In this document: positions 1-7,719 of the stretch, one piece after another | Layout of the letters: each line of letters starts with the position of its first letter | How positions within the stretch are numbered: the stretch's first letter is position 1 | NCBI RefSeq assembly: GCF_900232105.1 | Contig: NZ_LT934425.1 | Coordinates: forward strand, 1,230,001 to 1,262,000 | DNA: 32,000 nucleotides | DNA from: Candidatus Kuenenia stuttgartensis | GTDB taxonomy: Bacteria > Planctomycetota > Brocadiia > Brocadiales > Brocadiaceae | Reading direction: 5' to 3' | Notes under the pieces: generated by a model | Database searches by the model: none | Told to the model about the DNA's origin: nothing | The model's input: the letters and a program-made list of their open reading frames with translations, nothing else | Translations under genes and position numbers: made by a program

Positions 1-3
1 TAC

Positions 4-1491
4 TTACCGGTGCGTATTTTTCCCTTCTTTCTTGGAACAATAGAGTGCATTGTCGGCTTTTTTGATTAAATCCTCCATGTCATTGCCGTCTGCCGGATAT
101 AGACTGATGCCTATGCTGACGGTAATGCCGATTTTGTCATTATTAATCAGGAATTTTTGGGAAAGTAATCCGAGAAGCTTCTTCGCCACATGATTTGCAT
201 CCTCTCTATGATTAATGTTTGTAAGGATAACCATAAACTCATCTCCCCCAAAGCGGGCAACCGTATCACATTCCCGGACGCATTCCTTCATCCTCACGGC
301 TGCCTCCTTTAACAGCAAATCTCCCATATGATGCCCGAAGGAATCGTTAACGGCCTTAAAGCCATCCAGGTCAAGCGCCATGACGGCTGCCATCTTCTTA
401 TTACGTTTTGCCTGAAGGATGGCCATTTCCAGCCGGGCACGAAATAAATTGCGATTGGGGAGGTTGGTAAGGGCATCGTGATATGCCATGTGTTGAATAC
501 ACGCTTCCGAACGTTTACGTACAATGGCATTGCCTATAATCTCAGAAACAATACGGAGCAGCATTATATCTTGTTCTTTGCAGGAGCAGCCGTTCAAAAT
601 ATTTTCACAACTAATAAATCCGAATGAATCTTTGTCCGCAAATACCGGAAAGGACAATACGGATTTGACTTCCCGTTTAATCAAAAACTCTTGTTCTGCC
701 GCTGCTTCTTTTGGCATACGGCACACCTGTGGGATATGAATAACATCGCCCGCACGCAGGTGTTTCATCCACCATGTGAATGCGAAGAAGGAAACGTCCA
801 TAAATCGACGTCTTTGAGAGGGTATGCCTTCGTTGCACCATTCATAAACATTGTCAGCCATGCCGTTATTCGTACCGGACAGCACAAGGCATACCCTGTC
901 AACTCCGATCTGCCTGCCAATTTCTCCCTCGCCTATTGTTTGGAGTATTTTTGGAATAGCCTCATCAACAGAAACAGACTCCATCAATATGTTCGACAGT
1001 ATATACAGGATTTCATGCCGCTGTTCATTTTGCTTTTGTATTGTTATATCTTCCTTTATCGCAAAAAAATGTGTTATCATTCCTTCCTCATTCATGAGGG
1101 GAGAAATAGACGCCTTCTCCCAGTAGAAACTGCCGTCTTTTTTCTTATTACAAAACACCCCTTTCCATTTTTTGCCGGAGGTAATTGTTTCCCACAAATG
1201 TTTATACTCTTCGGGAGCAGTCCTGCCGGATTTCAGTATGCGGGGATTTGCCCCTGTAACCTCTTCCCGGGTATAGCCGGTGAGTTCAGTAAATTGCGAA
1301 TTTACATATTCAATAGTTCCCTTTATGTCTGTCACAATTACTGCACATGGGATTTGTTCTATTAACGTGTAAAACATGATACGTTTATCTTTTCTGCCTG
1401 TTACCGCGCTCTGCGTGGCAACAAATTGTTTTGGACGCTCTGAGTCCGGATTATTACTCGAGATACAGGGCATCTGATCCTGCATTCCCAC
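4..1491 (-). CDS. PAS-GAF-GGDEF diguanylate cyclase
   Basis: 495-aa ORF. N-terminal PAS-like block (IPCAVIVTDIKGTIEYVNSQFTELTGYTREEV), central GAF-like region, C-terminal GGDEF domain with intact RFGGDEF and DLDGFKAVND motifs. Start is GTG at 1491 or ATG at 1485. Confidence 0.85.
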   Translation of the reverse strand: MGMQDQMPCISSNNPDSERPKQFVATQSAVTGRKDKRIMFYTLIEQIPCAVIVTDIKGTIEYVNSQFTELTGYTREEVTGANPRILKSGRTAPEEYKHLWETITSGKKWKGVFCNKKKDGSFYWEKASISPLMNEEGMITHFFAIKEDITIQKQNEQRHEILYILSNILMESVSVDEAIPKILQTIGEGEIGRQIGVDRVCLVLSGTNNGMADNVYEWCNEGIPSQRRRFMDVSFFAFTWWMKHLRAGDVIHIPQVCRMPKEAAAEQEFLIKREVKSVLSFPVFADKDSFGFISCENILNGCSCKEQDIMLLRIVSEIIGNAIVRKRSEACIQHMAYHDALTNLPNRNLFRARLEMAILQAKRNKKMAAVMALDLDGFKAVNDSFGHHMGDLLLKEAAVRMKECVRECDTVARFGGDEFMVILTNINHREDANHVAKKLLGLLSQKFLINNDKIGITVSIGISLYPADGNDMEDLIKKADNALYCSKKEGKNTHR

Positions 1492-1808
1492 GCGAGAGCG
1501 CTGGAACGGGAAAAAACATTACACACTCTTTCGCATTGCTTGTTTTTCGTTGGGCAATGCCCATCCTACTTAACTCACTTTGTTCTGAATGATAAGAAAG
1601 ACGTTGGGTTTTGCCTTTACAACAGACATGCTGGTTACTATTGAGGCGTGTAATCTGAAGGTGGTTACGATAGAGATATGTGCGGAGTGTGAACTTGCCG
1701 AGACGAAGCGTAAAGTTTGTATTGGCTTTCGCTACTGTGATTTGTCCGAACCTAAGAATCTGTGTGCATTCAAATAAATCAAAGGCGGAAAGCGATAGCT
1801 CTGTGCTG

Positions 1809-1837
1809 TATACGGCTGCGCTTCGCGCAGCCGTATA
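1809..1837. repeat. Perfect hairpin, 13-bp stem and 3-nt loop (TATACGGCTGCGC-TTC-GCGCAGCCGTATA)
   Basis: Read directly. The right arm runs straight into the first unit of the adjacent tandem array. Confidence 0.95.
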
Positions 1838-1913
1838 ACCATAGCCGTATAACCATAGCCGTATAACCATAGCCGTATAACCATAGCCGTATAACCATAG
1901 CCGTATAACCATA
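1830..1913. repeat. Tandem repeat, 6 x 14 bp (GCCGTATAACCATA)
   Basis: Six head-to-tail identical units read directly. Lies about 340 bp upstream of the (-) GGDEF gene start. Confidence 0.95.
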
Positions 1914-2156
1914 ATAGTCATGTAAGAATAAAGCACAGTAATGTCTAAAATCAAAAAAAATCTTACTGTCGAAGGCTGAATAATTCAGCACTTATCGGTA
2001 GTAAGGCTATCTTTGTACTGTAAGTAAAGACCTTTTACTTTGCGTCCCCTGATTGCTCAGGGTTTGCCTTTATCGATATTTTCATGAATCTTGTATTAAA
2101 AGCGGGAAATATACATTATTACCACGGGTTATTCAATAGTTATTTTTACCGGTATC

Positions 2157-2615
2157 AAAATTTTTGTAATACTTTAGTCCTATGAAAAAAACCGCTCGTT
2201 CCCAAGCTCCGGCTTGGGAACGGGATTGTTTGAGAAGCTCCAGCTTCGAATGGAAAAGGGAATGAACCCATTATGTCAGCTTGGAGGCTTTTCAGTATGT
2301 TACCCAAGATATTTGGGAACCTCTTTTGAATCGAATAATACACGAAGCTTCGCTTGCCGGCTAAATGGAAGCTAGAGCTTCCAACGCAATTACGTTCCCA
2401 AGCCGGACAGACTGGGTCAAATGAACTTTATTGTCTCAAAAGTGGGGACAACTCTTCGCATTATGCCTGTTTTCGACCCTATTTAGTGCTGTTTTCCCAT
2501 TAAAGTGGAGAATGCCTGTCGTAAAATAGGATAAAATTGCCCATTTGACCCAGTCTGCGGAGCTTGGGAACGAGCATTTTTGTTTTTCCAAAAATCTAAA
2601 CTGTTACAAATTTTT
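2157..2615. repeat. MITE-like composite element bounded by imperfect terminal inverted repeats (AAAATTTTTGTAATACTTTAGTC ... TCTAAACTGTTACAAATTTTT)
   Basis: The inverted ends extend inward through CGCTCGTTCCCAAGCTCCG / CGGAGCTTGGGAACGAGC. Contains an 11-bp-stem hairpin at 2197..2222 (CGTTCCCAAGC-TCCG-GCTTGGGAACG). No ORF with recognisable similarity inside. A related smaller element lies at 7485..7687. Confidence 0.5.
2393..2572. repeat. Inner inverted-repeat pair with about 31-bp arms flanking a 118-bp core
   Basis: CGTTCCCAAGCCGGACAGACTGGGTCAAATG (2393..2423) against CATTTGACCCAGTCTGCGGAGCTTGGGAACG (2542..2572). The arms are near-identical in reverse complement, differing only by small indels in the middle. 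Confidence 0.85.
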
Positions 2616-2648
2616 AGATCAGGCTGATTAAAGTATGGCTATAAACAG

Positions 2649-2664
2649 TGGTATAAAATTTGCG
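2649..2664 (+). promoter_or_regulatory. Candidate sigma-54 (-24/-12) promoter TGGTAT-N5-TTGCG
   Basis: GG and GC have the canonical 12-nt register. Shares the exact GGTAT-N5-TTGCG form with the candidate upstream of flgB. It lies 350 nt upstream of the next (+) ORF (3014), so the target is unclear. Confidence 0.3.
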
Positions 2665-3013
2665 ACAACGCTACATAATCATTTAAATGTTTCTGGTAAC
2701 TATTCAGCTTAGAGGGGATTTAATTTGTACATAAGTTTTATAAAAACCAGTTAAACCACGGAACACGCGGAATACACGGAAATTGATTATTTTGCATAAG
2801 TTTTATAAAAACGTGTAAGTATCCTCTTAAAAAAATACTACATTGTGTGAGAAATCGTATTTTTAAACAGATGTTGATAATGGAAGATTAGTAGTGTTTA
2901 AAAATTAAACGTTTTGATATACTGAACTCAAAGTATTTTTTTTACGGGAAAAAAATTAAGTTTTATAATGCGTGGGACATTGAACGGTTTGTTTTTAATG
3001 GAAGGATAAATAA

Positions 3014-4423
3014 ATGAAGCCGAAAGGTATAATTCTTATTGTCGATGACGAAGAAACAATCAGGCTTTCTGTCAGGGAGTTTTTAGATGCGCAGGGTTAT
3101 GAAGCAATTGCCGCCGGTAGTTGCGAAGAAGCGCTGGAGAAAATGGATACATTTATGCCGGATTTGATACTGCTGGATTTGAGATTGCCCAATATAAATG
3201 GAGTGGAACTTATTGAAAAAATAAAAGAGAAAGACCCTAACGCGTTAATGGTGGTAATGACGGGATATGGAAGCGTAGACTCGGCAGTTGAAGTAATGAG
3301 ACTAGGGGCATACGATTATTTAGAGAAACCGTTTAAGCTTGACAGGTTAAGGTCGGTGGTTGAAAAGGCATTAAGGAGGCAGGGGCTGCGCCAGGAGGTG
3401 CTTGAAATAAAGGAAAAGCAATGGACGTTTGATGAAGAATCGGACGGAATTATTATTGGCAATAGCCCGCAGATGAAAGAGATATATTCTCTTATTAAAC
3501 AGGTGGCAAAAAGTTCTTCTACAACGGTGTTAATACAAGGAGAGAGCGGTACCGGGAAAGAGCTTGTTGCAAGGGCGGTGCACCGGTTAAGCGCAAGAAA
3601 ATCAGGGCGTTTTGTGGATATAAATTGCGCTGCCCTGACGGAAAGCCTTCTGGAAGCAGAATTATTTGGTTATGAAAAAGGGGCATTTACCGGCGCGGCG
3701 ACAGCCGGTAAACCGGGTTTGTTTGAAATTGCCGATAAGGGAACCGTTTTCCTTGATGAAATAGGCGAGATGGGGGTTTTGCTGCAGGCAAAACTTTTAA
3801 GAATTCTGCAGGAAAGGCAGTTCAAAAGGGTTGGCGGCATACAGGATATCAAAATAGACGTTCGGATTATTGCCTCGACAAACAGGAACCTTGAAGAAGA
3901 AATAGCGTCGGGAAATTTTAGAAAGGATTTGTATTACCGGTTGAAGGTATTGCCGATTTATGTGCCGCCATTGAGGGAAAGAAGAGAAGATATAATGCTT
4001 TTGGTGAAATACTTTATACATAAATATAATAATGAGTTTGGCAAGAATATTTGCGATATCCCGCCCGATACTGAACGGATATTATTGGAATACGGCTGGC
4101 CTGGGAACATCAGAGAATTAAAGAATGTGGTAGAAAGAGGCGTGTTGATTGCAAACGGCAGCGCATTATCGCCTAAATATGTTGCAAATATCAGCGTTGG
4201 GAAAAAAGAATCTGAAAGCCTTGCCGGTATTACTGTTGATGGAAATACTGACTGTGTAAGCAGCGACGGACTTGATGCCCGTTCACTGGCATTTATGGAA
4301 AAACAACATATAGAAAATGTCCTGAAAGAAACCTCATGGCGAAGGACGGAAGCGGCAAGGGTGCTGGGTATCAACAGAACGACCTTATATAATAAAATAA
4401 AAGAGTATGGCATTGCACAGTAA
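3014..4423 (+). CDS. Sigma-54-dependent response regulator (NtrC family: REC + AAA+ + Fis-type HTH)
   Basis: 469 aa. REC (LIVDDEETIR, LLDLRLPNING), Walker A GESGTGKE, GAFTGA loop (EKGAFTGA), C-terminal HTH (RTEAARVLGINRTTLYNKIKEY). Purine-rich RBS ggaagga before the ATG. Confidence 0.9.
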   Translation: MKPKGIILIVDDEETIRLSVREFLDAQGYEAIAAGSCEEALEKMDTFMPDLILLDLRLPNINGVELIEKIKEKDPNALMVVMTGYGSVDSAVEVMRLGAYDYLEKPFKLDRLRSVVEKALRRQGLRQEVLEIKEKQWTFDEESDGIIIGNSPQMKEIYSLIKQVAKSSSTTVLIQGESGTGKELVARAVHRLSARKSGRFVDINCAALTESLLEAELFGYEKGAFTGAATAGKPGLFEIADKGTVFLDEIGEMGVLLQAKLLRILQERQFKRVGGIQDIKIDVRIIASTNRNLEEEIASGNFRKDLYYRLKVLPIYVPPLRERREDIMLLVKYFIHKYNNEFGKNICDIPPDTERILLEYGWPGNIRELKNVVERGVLIANGSALSPKYVANISVGKKESESLAGITVDGNTDCVSSDGLDARSLAFMEKQHIENVLKETSWRRTEAARVLGINRTTLYNKIKEYGIAQ

Positions 4424-4462
4424 TATTTAATTAATAAGCAAAAGATCGCCTATAAAAAAAAG

Positions 4463-5998
4463 ATGAAGAAAAAAATTTTATTGGTAGATGATGAAGAAAC
4501 GCTGCGATGGGCTTTGCAAAATACCCTTTTGGATGACGGTTATGATGTGGAGGAGACCAACGATAGCATTGAAGCCCTGGAATTGGCGAAAAAAAGAAAA
4601 TACGATTTGGTGATTAGCGATTTAACTATGCCCTTCATGAATGGCGTGCAGTTAATTGCTGAAATAAAGAAGGCAAATCCCTCAATAAGGGCGATTATTA
4701 TGACGGGTTATGGTTCAACGGAGGCGGTTATTGAGGCGATGCATACCGGCGTTTCTGATTTTATAACAAAGCCTTTTAAGCTTGAACATATGAAGAAGGT
4801 GATTCGCAAAGTCCTGAGTGAAGGCGAAAATACCGGTACAAATGCGCATAGCGAAAAAAAACGCGGGAATGAAGAACCACGGCCGTGTGAGGTATATACT
4901 GACAAGCACAAGGATTCATCCTGTTATATTGTGCAGGACGAAACAGAGAAGGCAAATCTTACTTTTTATGATGCCGTTGAGACTGATGACCGCCAGTTGG
5001 CGCTGTTTGGAAGTTTTTCACGCGAGGCCGGGTTGGAAAATCTGGATACGGTGATAAAAACAGTTTTTCGCTATGAGGCTAAAACATGCAGATCACCGGC
5101 ATCTTTGATAAAAAACATGAATACATTTCTCTGCGAAAATATAAAAAACCGTTTTCCGCTTATGCTTTTCTGTGTAATTTTGGAGAAACAAGGGCAAAAA
5201 CTCTCTTATTCAATTTGCGGGGAAGGACTCGCCTGTTTTGTATTTTCGCAGGAAAAAGAAATGACACAGTTGCAATCGTATCCCTTATTCCTAAATATGT
5301 TTCCTGACATAAGCGTGCCGGAGCAAACCCTGCCAATGCCTGCGGGTAATAGATTTATTGTGATTGACAGCAATGCTGTTGCTACAAGCATCCGGAAGGG
5401 AATTATTCAGAAAGACAGGCTCAGGGATGCACTTGTGCGGGATGTTGCCGGGGATTGTGAGCATGTGGCGAAAAAAATGAAAGAGGGAATAGTTGGATGG
5501 CATGAACTGACTGCCGATGCACGAAATTGTTCCGTCGCTGCCTTTACCCTGGAGAATGGCAGATGCATGCCATGGAAAGAAGAGATTTCTATTTCCATGC
5601 CCATTGATGATTATGATGAAGTGCTGCAATTATTCGAAGAAAAGTTGTCAAAAATAGTGGGTGACGAGTGTAAGAGGCATGACATTATTACGTCTGTTAA
5701 TGAGGCCGTTTTGAACGCATTATTCTTTGCATACAAGGAGGGGGAAAAAGGGGAAATTGTTCTGAAATTTTCTAGATTGGGGGAAGATATCATCATAGTG
5801 GTAAGCGACAGGGGCTGTGGATTTGATACGCAGAACTATGAAGAACCTGATACGACATTTTATAAAGGCATAGCAAGAAAAGACGGGCGAGGGATTTTTG
5901 TTATGAAACAGTTAATGGATAGAGTAATGATACAATCCGGCAGGGGAACCGGGACTTCGGTCTTTTTGGCGAAACGGGTAAACTTCTATGGAAATTGA
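4463..5998 (+). CDS. Fusion protein: receiver domain + SpoIIE/PP2C-like (probably degenerate) domain + RsbW/SpoIIAB-type anti-sigma serine kinase domain
   Basis: 511 aa. N-terminal REC (LLVDDEETLR, VISDLTMPFMNG, TKPFKL). Middle region aligns by eye to the SpoIIE pattern (FYDAVE..LALFGSFSREAG..CGEGLA..IVIDSNAV) but with the GDvsGhG and aGH motifs substituted. C-terminal HATPase_c_2-like region (NEAVLNAL, VSDRGCGFD, GRGIFVMKQLMDRV, GTGTSVFL). Confidence 0.7.
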   Translation: MKKKILLVDDEETLRWALQNTLLDDGYDVEETNDSIEALELAKKRKYDLVISDLTMPFMNGVQLIAEIKKANPSIRAIIMTGYGSTEAVIEAMHTGVSDFITKPFKLEHMKKVIRKVLSEGENTGTNAHSEKKRGNEEPRPCEVYTDKHKDSSCYIVQDETEKANLTFYDAVETDDRQLALFGSFSREAGLENLDTVIKTVFRYEAKTCRSPASLIKNMNTFLCENIKNRFPLMLFCVILEKQGQKLSYSICGEGLACFVFSQEKEMTQLQSYPLFLNMFPDISVPEQTLPMPAGNRFIVIDSNAVATSIRKGIIQKDRLRDALVRDVAGDCEHVAKKMKEGIVGWHELTADARNCSVAAFTLENGRCMPWKEEISISMPIDDYDEVLQLFEEKLSKIVGDECKRHDIITSVNEAVLNALFFAYKEGEKGEIVLKFSRLGEDIIIVVSDRGCGFDTQNYEEPDTTFYKGIARKDGRGIFVMKQLMDRVMIQSGRGTGTSVFLAKRVNFYGN

Positions 5999-6368
5999 AA
6001 GGCATGAAAAAGGCAATGTGGTCGTGTTATCGCCAAAGGGGAACCTCGTGTATGAGGGGGCAATCAAACTGGAGTGCATGCTTAAGATTTTGTGCGAAGA
6101 TGCATGCGCCATTATACTGAATTTCAGAGATGTAAAGTATATTTCCGCAAACGCATTGGGGAGTATCGCATATTATGTGAGTTGTTTCAGGGAAAAACAA
6201 AAGGGATTTAAGCTGGTTCAAACAAATAAAAACATTAAAAAACTTATGGATATTACCGGCCTGCTTCGCATTGTGGAGGTATTTGAGAACGAGGATGAAG
6301 CAATGTCAAGCATTGGTCCCCGTGTGGGGAAACTGGAAAGAACATTTTTATGGTCAGGGGGAAATTAA
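5988..6368 (+). CDS. STAS-domain anti-sigma-factor antagonist-like protein (SpoIIAA/RsbV family)
   Basis: 126 aa. Typical STAS layout (VVVLSPKGNLVYEGAIKLE, ILNFRDVKYISANALGSI, KLVQTNKNIKKLMDITGL). Overlaps the upstream kinase-fusion gene by 11 nt. Confidence 0.75.
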   Translation: MEIERHEKGNVVVLSPKGNLVYEGAIKLECMLKILCEDACAIILNFRDVKYISANALGSIAYYVSCFREKQKGFKLVQTNKNIKKLMDITGLLRIVEVFENEDEAMSSIGPRVGKLERTFLWSGGN

Positions 6369-6436
6369 TCCTCAGTCCTCAGTCGGCAATCCTAAATCTG
6401 CAATTTGCCGATTTCCGATTGTAGATTGCCGACTGC
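6367..6436. repeat. Heptanucleotide-periodic intergenic array, copy 1 (10 heptads, self-complementary)
   Basis: AATCCTC AGTCCTC AGTCGGC AATCCTA AATCTGC AATTTGC CGATTTC CGATTGT AGATTGC CGACTGC. Starts inside the stop codon of the STAS gene. It is the reverse complement of the unit order seen in copies 2 and 3. Confidence 0.9.
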
Positions 6437-6517
6437 ATAAGTGACCATTAAATATTTCGTCAAATAATGCAAAGAAATTACTGATAAGGTACTAACTTTA
6501 TTAAGAGGTAATAAAAT

Positions 6518-7456
6518 ATGACTAATACTCCATCTGATGACGAAAAAAAGGAAACTGCATTAAATGAAATAATCGAAGGGCTGCAAAAACGGGAGGAGGA
6601 AGATTCTTTCCCGGAAGCGATTTCGCAAGGTGAAGACGCGCCCGATATGCCTGTTCATGAAGCCTCTGACGAGTCGGTAAAATCAAAAAAATTGTTAAAA
6701 GCGGGCATGTTGCTCAATCAATATGTACTTTCCGCTATGGTGCTTTTTTTTATAGTAGGCGCGATAAGCTTCTTTTTATTTCTCCAGAAAGATTGGATTA
6801 AAGTAAAAGGCAATAAAATGGTTTCCCGCCTTGTGGAAAAAAAGCTGGAAGAGTCTTTGGATAAATATATGGACTTGAACGACAATTTAAGGGGTGGCAA
6901 AAGGGCTAAGGCAAAACTGTCAGACGATATAAAGGGGGAAAATTCTTCTGGTGTACAGCGAGGCCGGGAAGAAACGCAGGAAGACAGGACAGAATATATC
7001 ATCGAAGCAAATCGATTGTACGAACAGGGCGATTACAAGACGGCGGCTTCTCTCTATGGAAAGGGATTAGACAAATCGATGCCTTTTCTGAATGAGGATT
7101 TTATTGTATATCGTTTGGGCGATTGTTATTTTCAATCGGGAGATTATAAGGAAGCCCTTGAAGTGTTCAGGCATTTAAACAATGATTATCTTAACAGCGA
7201 GTATCAATTGCAAAGCAGATTAAAAATGGGTGAATGTTGCGCAAAACTGGGGGACTATAAGCAAGCAAGAAAAACCCTTTACTCCGTTATCGCCCAGGAA
7301 GGTGACTGCAAAACGGAAGAAGATAAGTCGTGCGTGGCAGAGTCTTATTTTAAAATCGGAGATTATTACCGGGAGGAGTCAAAACGTCTGAAAAATGCAT
7401 CTCAAATGGTAGGTACGGTCACCGCAGGATCCGGGAAAAGCAATGACCATTTGTAG
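6518..7456 (+). CDS. Membrane-anchored TPR-repeat protein
   Basis: 312 aa. Acidic N-terminus, one hydrophobic span (LSAMVLFFIVGAISFFLFL), charged linker, then TPR-like repeats (ANRLYEQGDYKTAASLYGKGL, LGDCYFQSGDYKEALEVF, MGECCAKLGDYKQARKTL). Confidence 0.6.
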   Translation: MTNTPSDDEKKETALNEIIEGLQKREEEDSFPEAISQGEDAPDMPVHEASDESVKSKKLLKAGMLLNQYVLSAMVLFFIVGAISFFLFLQKDWIKVKGNKMVSRLVEKKLEESLDKYMDLNDNLRGGKRAKAKLSDDIKGENSSGVQRGREETQEDRTEYIIEANRLYEQGDYKTAASLYGKGLDKSMPFLNEDFIVYRLGDCYFQSGDYKEALEVFRHLNNDYLNSEYQLQSRLKMGECCAKLGDYKQARKTLYSVIAQEGDCKTEEDKSCVAESYFKIGDYYREESKRLKNASQMVGTVTAGSGKSNDHL

Positions 7457-7484
7457 AACGAAGAATAGGAAGGCAAATGAAGAA

Positions 7485-7687
7485 TTTTGGTAACACTTTA
7501 GTCTTGTTAAACGGGGAATTGTCATTTGTAGTGCGACGAGGTTCGTCGCACTACATGAATTTAGTGGGCTTAGATATTTCAAGTGAGGAACGAGCGGCAA
7601 CCGTTTATAGCAAATGCTCCGCCCCTGCACTTATACGGCAAGTAGCGTTATTATTGGAATTTTTCTAAAAACTAAAGTGTTACAAAA
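7485..7687. repeat. MITE-like element with 18-bp terminal inverted repeats (TTTTGGTAACACTTTAGT ... ACTAAAGTGTTACAAAA)
   Basis: The termini match those of the 2157..2615 element. Contains a perfect 13-bp-stem hairpin at 7527..7555 (TGTAGTGCGACGA-GGT-TCGTCGCACTACA). Fills most of the intergenic gap between the two TPR genes. Confidence 0.55.
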
Positions 7688-7719
7688 TTCTGCATATACC
7701 ATTTATGGGATAATGAATA

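Noticed and set aside
691-1365. 224-aa (+) ORF and other long ORFs antisense to confirmed genes (for example 12025..12645, 3958..4413, 13696..14037, 23402..23812, 22514..22822, 28491..28784)
   Set aside because: Each lies entirely inside and opposite to a gene with clear domain signatures. Their translations are low-complexity or Cys/Phe-rich with no motifs, which is typical of shadow ORFs.
1830-1913. Possible CRISPR array
   Set aside because: The units are directly abutting 14-mers with no spacers. The repeat is far shorter than CRISPR repeats, and no cas genes are in the window.
1454-1991. ORFs 1454..1954 and 1779..1991 (-) encoding repetitive YGYGYTAMVIRLWL peptides
   Set aside because: The repetitive peptide is simply the translation of the 14-bp tandem array (14 x 3 = 42 nt period). 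There is no RBS and the flanks have no recognisable protein features.
6481-6496. TACTAAC within the 28-bp motif as a eukaryote-type intron branch site
   Set aside because: The context is bacterial (Shine-Dalgarno-led operons, sigma-54 systems, flagellar genes). The resemblance is coincidental.
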